Part shown: positions 20,740 to 29,444 of the stretch, one piece after another
Layout: each line of letters begins with the position of its first letter
How positions within the stretch are numbered: the stretch's first letter is position 1
Source of the DNA: Desulfobacteraceae bacterium
GTDB lineage: Bacteria; Desulfobacterota; Desulfobacteria; Desulfobacterales; JACKCP01
Direction: 5' to 3'
DNA length: 52,638 nt
Assembly: GCA_050253255.1 (NCBI GenBank)
Contig: JBFWJK010000003.1
Location: forward strand, 1-52,638
The notes under the pieces: generated by a model
The model's database searches: none
Seen by the model: the letters and a program-made list of their open reading frames with translations, nothing else
Told to the model about the DNA's origin: nothing
Position numbers and translations under genes: made by a program

Positions 20740-22908
20740 ATGTACAAAGAATTGTTTTCACCGATAAAAATCGGAAGTGTTGATCTCAGGAACAGAATAG
20801 TAATGGCACCAATGGGAAACATAAACATGGCAGACCCCATAGGAAGACCGCTTCAGAAAATGATTTCATATTTTGAAGAAAGGGCAAAAGGAGGAACAGG
20901 TCTTATAATAAGCGGGCTTGTTCCTGTTTCTTTTGGAATTGACCCCACAATTTCAGAAGAAAATGACACAACATATTTCCCAAGGATTGACGGATCATCC
21001 AGGACAAGAATGTCAGGATGGAGAGACCTTGTTTCAACCCTTCACTCCTATGATTCAAAATTTTTTATCCAGCTCACAGCAGGACTTGGAAGGGTCGGTT
21101 CTCCTGAATGTGCACTGAAATTAAAGCTTCCAAAATCAGCTTCGTTTAACAGAAATTTTTATCTTCCGGCAATTCCCCACTTTCCGTTTACTGACATGGC
21201 AATCAAAAAAATAGTAAAAAGTTTCGGCCAGAGTGCAATAAATGCCAAGGTATGCGGAGCAGACGGAATTCATCTTCACGGCCATGAAGGTTATTTAATG
21301 GATCAGCTCACATCCCTTCCATGGAACAGAAGAAAATTCGGAAGATACAAAAACAGATTTCAGTTTGCCATAGACATTGTAAAGGAAATAAAAAATATCT
21401 GCGGAAACAACTTTCCTGTAATTTACAGAGTTGACCTTACCCAGGGACTTGAATTTACCTACGGAAAAGAAATCTTTAAAAAAAGATTCATGGGAATGGA
21501 AAGAACAATTGAAGAAGGTCTTGAGTTCTGCAAAGAACTTTACAAGGCCGGAGTTGATGCTTTTGATGTTGACAAAGGATGTTATGACAACTGGTTTTTC
21601 CCCCACCCTCCTGCATATTTTAAAGATATGCCCTACGTTGAGGAAATGGCAGGAAGCCTAAAAAAATTTTTTGAAAAGGAAAATATAAAAGCACCTGTAA
21701 TTGCCGTTGGAAAACTTGGAAATCCAGAAGCTGCATCAGATGTTTTAAAAAACAATACAGCAGACATGATAATGCTTGGAAGACCTCTTCTTGCAGATCC
21801 TTACTGGCCGGAAAAAGTAAGAACAGGAAAAGAAAATCAGATTGTTCACTGCATCGGAGATCAGGATGCCTGTATTCAGTCTTTTATTCTTGGAGGACAT
21901 CCCTGCTGCAGCATTAATCCTTATGCTGGCTTTGAGGATGTAAAAATTTTAAAACCTGCAGATAAAATAAAAAATGTTGCTGTGGTAGGAGCAGGTCCCG
22001 GCGGATGTGAAGCAGCAATAACAGCGGCAAAACGAGGACATAGGGTAACCTTGTTTGAAAAAGGCAAAAATATTGGAGGACAGTTTTATCTTGCCTCAAA
22101 AATGGAGATAAAACATGATGTAAAAATTTATCTGAACAACCTTGAAAACCGTCTTAAAGCACTTGAAGAACAGGGTCTTGAAATAAAATTAAACACAAAA
22201 CCTTCAAAAGAAGAGCTTATTTCATCATTTGATTCAATTATCTGTGCAACCGGAGTAAAACCCCTTGTTTTAAATATTAAAGGCCTTGAAAATATTCCAT
22301 TCACAGATTCGCGGACATTTCTTGAAAATAATCTTGAGCTTGATGAAAAGTATAAGAAAATAACAATAATAGGAGGCGGAATTGTAGGATGCGAACTTGC
22401 CTGTGAAATGGGTGCAAAATACAAGGATATTGAAATAACTGTAATTGAAATGGAAAAAGACCTTATGAAAGGTGTTGTCCAGGCAAACAGGGCAATGCTC
22501 TTATGGCTCATGATGGGACTTGGTTCAACAGACAACTCAAAAAATCCTCTGATAAAAAATCCTGTAAAAGCTTATACATCTTCAAAAGCAGTAGAAGTCA
22601 GACAAAATTCAGTTGTTATAGAGGCAAACAAAAAAAGAAAAGATCCTTTCACTCCATGGCATACACTTATCCCTGAAAATATTCACAATCCTTTTGATAA
22701 AAAATTAAATATTAGTGATACAGAAAAAATTGAAATTGATACTGATTTTATAATTTTTGCAACAGGAGCATTGTCAGAAAATTCTCTTTACTCAGAAATT
22801 TCAAATTCAGATTTTAAGGGAGATATTTTTACAATCGGAGATTCAAGAGAGCCTGCAAGCGGGTGGCAGGCAATTACTTCTGCAAATGATGTTGCAAGGT
22901 TTATCTGA
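20740..22908 (+). CDS. 2-enoate reductase-like NADH:flavin oxidoreductase (OYE plus FAD domain)
   Basis: NRIVMAPM, ERAKGG.GLI, H.HEGYLMDQ, CIGDQDAC, GAGPGG. Confidence 0.88.
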   Translation: MYKELFSPIKIGSVDLRNRIVMAPMGNINMADPIGRPLQKMISYFEERAKGGTGLIISGLVPVSFGIDPTISEENDTTYFPRIDGSSRTRMSGWRDLVSTLHSYDSKFFIQLTAGLGRVGSPECALKLKLPKSASFNRNFYLPAIPHFPFTDMAIKKIVKSFGQSAINAKVCGADGIHLHGHEGYLMDQLTSLPWNRRKFGRYKNRFQFAIDIVKEIKNICGNNFPVIYRVDLTQGLEFTYGKEIFKKRFMGMERTIEEGLEFCKELYKAGVDAFDVDKGCYDNWFFPHPPAYFKDMPYVEEMAGSLKKFFEKENIKAPVIAVGKLGNPEAASDVLKNNTADMIMLGRPLLADPYWPEKVRTGKENQIVHCIGDQDACIQSFILGGHPCCSINPYAGFEDVKILKPADKIKNVAVVGAGPGGCEAAITAAKRGHRVTLFEKGKNIGGQFYLASKMEIKHDVKIYLNNLENRLKALEEQGLEIKLNTKPSKEELISSFDSIICATGVKPLVLNIKGLENIPFTDSRTFLENNLELDEKYKKITIIGGGIVGCELACEMGAKYKDIEITVIEMEKDLMKGVVQANRAMLLWLMMGLGSTDNSKNPLIKNPVKAYTSSKAVEVRQNSVVIEANKKRKDPFTPWHTLIPENIHNPFDKKLNISDTEKIEIDTDFIIFATGALSENSLYSEISNSDFKGDIFTIGDSREPASGWQAITSANDVARFI

Positions 22909-22921
22909 TTAAACGAAACTG

Positions 22922-22952
22922 AAAAAGCGGAGTTTTTTAACCTCCGCTTTTT
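22922..22952 (+). terminator. Intrinsic (bidirectional-type) terminator
   Basis: AAAAAGCGGAG-N9-CTCCGCTTTTT directly after the reductase stop. Confidence 0.85.
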
Positions 22953-23150
22953 CATTATGTTCCAGCCTGTATGTTCCATTAAATATGCTTAAGCTTCATC
23001 AATCCACTTCCAGAGATCGTCTTATTTTTCATTTTGACTTTTACAAGTAACCTGCTTGTTAATATTTTTAAAAACTTAAACACATGTAAATCAAGACTCA
23101 GACCGCAGCTTATTTTCCAGGACAGCAGCAAATATAGACATCTTTTTAAA

Positions 23151-23164
23151 TTAGACTTATCTAA
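23151..23164. promoter_or_regulatory. Palindromic operator candidate upstream of the TonB operon
   Basis: TTAGA-N4-TCTAA just upstream of a TTGACT -35-like hexamer (23173). Confidence 0.35.
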
Positions 23165-23274
23165 AATAATTATTGACTCCGCATAGATTTAACAGTAAAT
23201 AACTTACCTGAAAACCGGCCAGAAAATATTATTGTTTTTTTAAATATAACAAGAGGTTAAATCAGGAGGAGATT

Positions 23275-24039
23275 TTGAAGCACTTTAAGCTTGTACTGAT
23301 GTTTTTTGCAGCTTTTTTTACATATCAGACTTCTGCCTCAGCAGAATCAATTGTAAAAAAACTGGATGAAACTGTAACAAAAACAATTGATACAGAAATT
23401 GAAACACAGAAAATAAATTCAGAATGGCACAATGAAAAATCAGTATTAAAAAACCGGTTTGAAAACCTGCAGCATATTAATCACAGACTAAAAAAAGAAC
23501 TTGAAAGAATTGAATCTGTCTATGCCATGGAACAGGAAAAATACAGCCAGATTTTAAGAAAACAGGAACAGACAGAGAAAATAAAAAACGAACTGGACAC
23601 CTTTCTTGAAAACGTTGTGAGTGAACTTGAAACTTTTGTAAAAAAAGACCTGCCATTTCATCTTGAGGAAAGAGAACAAAGACTTATAAAGCTGAAGGAA
23701 CTTTTATTAAACAATGAGATTAAATCTGCAGAAAAATACAGACAGATTTTTGAAGCCCTGAAAACAGAAACAGATTACGGCAAAACAATTGAAGTATATC
23801 AAAAGGAAATAAATTCAGGCAGTGAAACAAAAACAGCTGATATTTTGAGGATAGGCAGGGTTTCACTTTTCTACCTTACTCCTGATAAAACCGAGAGCGG
23901 TTTTTTTAACCCGCTCAGCAGCAATTATGAAAAGCTCAGTTCAAAATACAACTCTAAGATTGAAAAAGCCGCTTCGATTGCAAAAGGAGAGCAGATTTCA
24001 GAGTTTGTGGATCTCCCCTTTGGAAGGATAGCAAGATGA
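23275..24039 (+). CDS. DUF3450 family exported protein (TonB2/TtpB-like)
   Basis: Signal peptide, coiled coil, DLPF...ER, AEKYRQIFEA...E.DYG, LRIGRVSL; TTG start with AGGAGG RBS. Confidence 0.85.
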   Translation: MKHFKLVLMFFAAFFTYQTSASAESIVKKLDETVTKTIDTEIETQKINSEWHNEKSVLKNRFENLQHINHRLKKELERIESVYAMEQEKYSQILRKQEQTEKIKNELDTFLENVVSELETFVKKDLPFHLEEREQRLIKLKELLLNNEIKSAEKYRQIFEALKTETDYGKTIEVYQKEINSGSETKTADILRIGRVSLFYLTPDKTESGFFNPLSSNYEKLSSKYNSKIEKAASIAKGEQISEFVDLPFGRIAR

Positions 24040-25411
24040 AAAAATCAGTTTTATTAATTGCATTTATATTTTTAATCCCTTCGTTTTCATTTTCAAGGGA
24101 TATAAGGGAACTTTCCGTTCTTGCACGGGAAAAATATCAGAAATCTGTTGAAGAGCAAAAAGAGCTGAAAAGAACAATTTTTAAAAACAAAGCAGAACTT
24201 AACGCTGAAATAAAAAAACTTGAAAATTCAAATACTGAAACAGAAAAAAAAATAAAGGAACTTGCTGCAAAGACTGAGGCCCTGAGTCAGAAAAGAATTG
24301 AACTTGAAAAAATTTCGAAATCAGACCAGTCAGATATTGAAGAACTTACAGGAGCTGTAAGAATCTCTGCAAGGGAACTTCAGTCGGTAATAGATAAATC
24401 GGTTTTTACAGCATTTGATCCTGAACGGGCCGGCAAATTAAAACCTATTCTTGACAAAAAAATATTTCCAGGAATAGAGGATATGCAAAAAATAGCATCT
24501 CTTTATCTTGAAGAGGCAGAACTTTCAGGCAGTGTAACAATAAAACCGCACACCTACATAAATAAACAGGGTGAAAAAACCTCGGGAGATATCCTTACAA
24601 TAGGAGGATTTACAAATTATTATGAAAAAGGTTTTTTAAATTACAGCGGTTCAACAAACACCTTTTACTCTCTTTCAAAAGATCCGTCATTTTTTATCAA
24701 AAACAATATAAAAAAATATTTCAATGGAAAATCAGACTCAATTTATGCAGATATTTCAGGAGGCGGGGCTTTTGCACAGCTCATACACAAGCAGAGCCTG
24801 ATTGAAAAAATAAAAAAAGGCGGATTTCTTGTCCTGCCGATCCTTGGAATCGGACTGGCAGCTGTTTTAATAGGACTGGAAAGGGCTTTTTCATAGCACG
24901 GGTTCATGGAAATACAGATACTGTAATGGGCCGGGTAAACGAACTTGCAGAAAAAGGAAAATGGGATGAATGTTCCAGAATTGTCGGAAATGAAAAGAAA
25001 AAACCTGTCTACAATGTATTGAGACAGGGGCTTGAGGCAAAAAACGAAGACAGGGAAACCCTTGAAAGCATTCTTCAGGAATCTATTTTAAAAGAGCTTC
25101 CCAAACTGGAAAAATTTCTTCCCCTGCTCAATATTCTAGGAGCAATAGCCCCGCTTTTAGGACTTCTCGGAACAGTTACAGGAATGATTAACACTTTTCA
25201 GGTAATAACCGTATACGGCACAGGAGACCCCAGAATGATGTCAGGAGGAATTTCCACAGCCCTTGTTACTACAATGCTTGGACTTAGCGTTGCCATTCCC
25301 ATCATGCTTCTTCACACTTTTTTAAGCAGAAGAGTTGATCATGTAATAGGTGACATGGAAGAAAAAGCTGTTGCACTGTCAAACATAATTTTCAGGGACA
25401 GGAATCTGTAA
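24036..25411 (+). pseudogene. Large MotA/TolQ/ExbB (TtpC-like) gene split by a 1-nt frameshift
   Basis: ORF 24036-24896 stops after ERAFS; one extra T in the T5 run (24887-24891) gives ERAFFIARVHGNTDTVMG, joining ORF 24926-25411 (APLLGLLGTVTGMI). Confidence 0.75.
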
Positions 25412-25412
25412 A

Positions 25413-26009
25413 ATGGAATTAATTTTTATCCCGTTGCAGAATTATATTCAGAAAGGCGGATTTGTACTTATTCCGATTCTGATTTCTTCAGTTTTCATGT
25501 GGACATTTATTTTTGAGAGAATTTTCTGGTTTAAAAAAGCATGCACAAACGACATTTCAATAAACGAAATATCAAAAATTATCTCTGGCACAAAATCACT
25601 TCATGCAAAAAAAGGAATCAATGCTTTTTTGCTTGAAAAATATCTTTCAAAAAAAACCGGAGTAAGAAAAAAAGACCTGAAAATAATTGACCAGTCCATG
25701 ATGGAAATTAAAAAAAATCTTTATTCATACATTGCCGCAATTTCAATTCTTGCCGCAGTATCGCCTCTTTTCGGTCTTCTTGGAACAGTTACAGGAATGA
25801 TTAACACCTTTGATGTTATTTCCTTTTTCGGGACAGGAAATCCAAAAGCCATGGCAGGGGGAATATCACAGGCTCTTATAACAACACAGACCGGACTTCT
25901 GACTGCCATTCCCGGAATGCTGATGGCTGTAATTTTATCTGGCAAGGCAGGAAGAGCTGAAGACAGCCTTAATGAAGCTGCAATGACAATAAAAAGGAGC
26001 ATTAAATGA
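25413..26009 (+). CDS. exbB: MotA/TolQ/ExbB proton channel protein
   Basis: SPLFGLLGTVTGMI...AGGISQALITTQ.GL. Confidence 0.88.
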   Translation: MELIFIPLQNYIQKGGFVLIPILISSVFMWTFIFERIFWFKKACTNDISINEISKIISGTKSLHAKKGINAFLLEKYLSKKTGVRKKDLKIIDQSMMEIKKNLYSYIAAISILAAVSPLFGLLGTVTGMINTFDVISFFGTGNPKAMAGGISQALITTQTGLLTAIPGMLMAVILSGKAGRAEDSLNEAAMTIKRSIK

Positions 26010-26416
26010 TAAATGTAAGGGGAAGTCTCAGATCAAGATCGAGCAATGCTGAAATAAACATTTCTCCTTTAATAGATCTTGTTTTTCTTCTTTTGATTTT
26101 TTTCATGGTTACAACAAGCTTTGTAAAAGAAACCGGAGTTGATGTAAACAGACCGTCTGCAGCAACAGCTGAAATATCTGAGAATACAGGAATAATGATT
26201 GCAGTGTCAAAAACCGGAGATATCTTTTTTGACAGAAAAAAAACAGACATCAGAAGCATAAGATCCCTTGTTGCAATATCCCTTGCAGAAAACCCCAAAG
26301 CCCAGGTCATAATAGTTGCAGACACTGAAAGCCAGACAGGTGAAGTTATACAAATCATGGATGAATGCAGGCTTTCAGGGGCTGACAGTATAAGTATTGC
26401 AGCCACAAAAGAATAA
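26006..26416 (+). CDS. exbD: ExbD/TolR family protein
   Basis: EINISPLIDLVFLLLIFFMVTTSF. Confidence 0.93.
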   Translation: MINVRGSLRSRSSNAEINISPLIDLVFLLLIFFMVTTSFVKETGVDVNRPSAATAEISENTGIMIAVSKTGDIFFDRKKTDIRSIRSLVAISLAENPKAQVIIVADTESQTGEVIQIMDECRLSGADSISIAATKE

Positions 26417-26426
26417 GGCGGCTTAA

Positions 26427-27095
26427 ATGGAAGAAAGTTTATTTAAAAAAAACATATTAAAAGCTTTTCTGCTGGCTGTATTTGCAAACATTATAATTCT
26501 TGTGGTACTGACCCAGCTTATTGAAGGAGAGTTTAACAGTCCGGAAGACAAGCTGATACAGGGAATAACAATAAAAAACGTAAAGCTCAGACCTAAAATT
26601 CCCGAACCCGAAGAAATCAGGGAAAAAGAACCTGAACAAAAAAAAGAAGAAATCGTAAAACCTCAGACAGAAAAACTTTATACAAAAACCCAGAAATTTG
26701 ATTTTGAAATGCCCTCATTTGAGCTCAATCCAAATCTGAAGGCAACCGGATTTTCAATCCCTTTAAACCTCTTGACTTTTGCAGACCACAGCAAAGACCA
26801 GATGATATCTTTTGATGAACTGGATAAAATCCCTGTTCCCAGATACAAAAAACCGCCGGTCTATCCATACAGAGCCAAAAGAATGGGAATAGAGGGAGAA
26901 ATTTCAATAAGCTTTGTTGTTCACAGAGACGGTTCAGTTTCAGACATTAAAATCTTAAAGGCAAAGCCTGAGGGAATTTTTGAACAAAGTGTAATGGATG
27001 CGGTTTCATCATGGAAATATTCACCCGGAGAACTGATGGGAGAAAACGTTAAAACCCTTGTCAGAACCAATATAGTTTTTAAACTGGAGGAGTAA
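26427..27095 (+). CDS. tonB: Energy transducer TonB
   Basis: N-terminal TM, Pro/Glu/Lys linker, TonB_C 'PVYPYRAKRMGIEG...DGSV'. Confidence 0.9.
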   Translation: MEESLFKKNILKAFLLAVFANIIILVVLTQLIEGEFNSPEDKLIQGITIKNVKLRPKIPEPEEIREKEPEQKKEEIVKPQTEKLYTKTQKFDFEMPSFELNPNLKATGFSIPLNLLTFADHSKDQMISFDELDKIPVPRYKKPPVYPYRAKRMGIEGEISISFVVHRDGSVSDIKILKAKPEGIFEQSVMDAVSSWKYSPGELMGENVKTLVRTNIVFKLEE

Positions 27096-27099
27096 GCAA

Positions 27100-28203
27100 A
27101 TGAAAAAAATATTTTTTTTATTCATCCTTGTTTTTTTCCCTTTGAATTTATCTGCAGACAATGGAGATAAAAACCTTTCTCAAAAAGCTGTTTTCTGTCT
27201 TCAAAAGGCTGAAAATTTCAGAGCATCCAGAGAACTCACTAAAGGTGCAGAACTTATAATTCAATTTCAAAAAAAATATCCAAAGGAAAACCACCATTAC
27301 CTGGAATACCTTCTTGGAACATTTTTTCTTGAGTCAGGCAAACCTGAGCAAGCCCTGAATTCATTTGAAAAAAGTGTAAGGCTTTACCCTTCCTTTTGTG
27401 CAGGCTGGCACATTGCAGGCAGTACAGCTTATGATCTGGAGTTATATGAAAAGGCTGCACTCAGCTTTGAAAAAGCATATCTTGTATCAAAAAAAAAAGA
27501 GGACAAAATTCTTTTTGCATCAGCAGTATCTTACCTGAAATGCGGGATGGACGAAAAAGCCTTTGAACTTTTAAATAAAATTATTCAAAACTGGAAAAGT
27601 GACGAAAACCATATAAATACATTTACAGCAACAGGAATTAAACTTAACAGACAAAATCAGGTATCAGAGGTTCTTGACAGCCTTATTGAAAAAAATCCGG
27701 AAAAGAAGCTCCTTTTAAAACTTGCGGCAAATACAGCTCTTTCACAGAACAACAACAAAAAAGCACTTAAATACTTATCAATCATAATGCTCGATTCAGA
27801 AACAGATTTCAAAACGGCCAGACTTGCCGGAGATCTTGCTCTGTCAGTTAATTCTCCCAAAAGAGCTGTTGAATTTTACGAAAAAGCCCTTGAAAAGAAG
27901 CATGACAAAAAAATTTTCCAGATGATTGTGACGGCTCTCATGGAAAGCTCTGATTACGACAAAGCGTTTTCAAAAGCTGAACAGGGACTAAAAAAATATC
28001 CAGACTGTGCAAAATTGTGGAAACTAAAGGCATACATCAGCTATGAAAGAAAAGATTATGAAAACTCTTATTTCTGTGCATCAAAAGCACTGAAACTCAA
28101 TTCAGATGACAAAAACCTTGCTGATCTGATTTCTTATTGTGCAGCCAAATCAAACAAAACAGACATAAGTAAAACTTTTCAGGATGCTGCAGGCAATATT
28201 TAA
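27100..28203 (+). CDS. Exported tetratricopeptide repeat protein
   Basis: Signal peptide and repeated helical TPR patterns (A...FEKA/S). Confidence 0.8.
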   Translation: MKKIFFLFILVFFPLNLSADNGDKNLSQKAVFCLQKAENFRASRELTKGAELIIQFQKKYPKENHHYLEYLLGTFFLESGKPEQALNSFEKSVRLYPSFCAGWHIAGSTAYDLELYEKAALSFEKAYLVSKKKEDKILFASAVSYLKCGMDEKAFELLNKIIQNWKSDENHINTFTATGIKLNRQNQVSEVLDSLIEKNPEKKLLLKLAANTALSQNNNKKALKYLSIIMLDSETDFKTARLAGDLALSVNSPKRAVEFYEKALEKKHDKKIFQMIVTALMESSDYDKAFSKAEQGLKKYPDCAKLWKLKAYISYERKDYENSYFCASKALKLNSDDKNLADLISYCAAKSNKTDISKTFQDAAGNI

Positions 28204-28315
28204 AGTTTTGAAGAACAAAAAGGGCTGCGTTTTTTATACATGGAAATATGTTGCGGTGTTGTATTTTTTCACATATTTTAAAAAAATTCATTACTTCTGA
28301 AATAAAAGGATTTCC

Positions 28316-29200
28316 ATGGACAACTTTAAAAAAGTATCAGATAAGATCACTATTCTGATTATTGCTTCAGTTTTTATAATCTTTTTCCAGAATCCGGCAT
28401 TCGGAGATTTTATGATTTACAATGAAGACAATACAAAAATTTATTATGAAATCCATGGAAAAGGCAGACCTCTTGTTCTGATTGCAGGCCTTGCATCCGA
28501 CAGCCAGAGCTGGATTACAGTTATTCCCGAACTTTCAAAGCATTATAAGGTAGTTGTTTTTGACAACAGAACAACTGGCAGAACAAAATCAGATGAAAAA
28601 GAGCTTTCAATCGATCTTATGGCAGATGATGCACTGAGGCTGATAAATCATTTAAATTTAAGTGAAGTTACACTTCTTGGCCACTCGATGGGAGGTCTTA
28701 TTGCCCTTAATGCAGCCGCAAAAAACAATAATTTGATAAAAAATCTTATTATTGCAGCAAGCCCGGATAAAATTTCAGAAAAAAACAAGGAGCTTTTCTC
28801 AGACTGGCTTGTTTATCTGAAAAATAAAATGAATCAACGCTTGTGGTTTAAAAACCTTTTTTACTGGATTTTAACAGATCAATTTTTTGAAAATAAGGAA
28901 ATTCTGAACGCAGGTCTCGATTACAGCGTAAACTACCCTTTTCCTCAGACAATTGAAGGTTTTGAAAAACAGATCAATGCACTGAAAAACTACAGACCTC
29001 AGGACACTCCCCGGAAAATAACCCAGAGAACCCTTGTTCTCGCACCGGAAAAAGACAGACTTTTTTCTGTTGAAGAATGCCGCAGTCTTTCAGATTTAAT
29101 TAAAAATGCTGAATTTAAAATAATTAAAAATGCAGCCCACTCAATTCATTCTGAGTTCCCGGCAGAGCTTTGTAATGAAGTTTTTTTGTTTTTGGATTAA
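28316..29200 (+). CDS. Alpha/beta fold hydrolase
   Basis: GHSMGG nucleophile elbow, catalytic Asp (EKD) and His (AAHSIH). Confidence 0.9.
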   Translation: MDNFKKVSDKITILIIASVFIIFFQNPAFGDFMIYNEDNTKIYYEIHGKGRPLVLIAGLASDSQSWITVIPELSKHYKVVVFDNRTTGRTKSDEKELSIDLMADDALRLINHLNLSEVTLLGHSMGGLIALNAAAKNNNLIKNLIIAASPDKISEKNKELFSDWLVYLKNKMNQRLWFKNLFYWILTDQFFENKEILNAGLDYSVNYPFPQTIEGFEKQINALKNYRPQDTPRKITQRTLVLAPEKDRLFSVEECRSLSDLIKNAEFKIIKNAAHSIHSEFPAELCNEVFLFLD

Positions 29201-29444
29201 TTGAAAATATTCTCAGGAATAAATCTGAAAAGCCATTTTGAATCAGGATAGTTTACAACGACCTGAAAATACTTGAACTCTTGAAAAAAGAAGGCTTAAG
29301 ATGCCTTCCTGTTTTCTCATCAACAGGTATTGCCAAATGCAGAGTCAGCCTTGCAGCTTCTTGGATAAATATAAAATGCATACAAAAGAATCCTAAAAAT
29401 TACTTCTGTAAAAGATTATTCCATTTTTCAGGTCATCCTGATTC

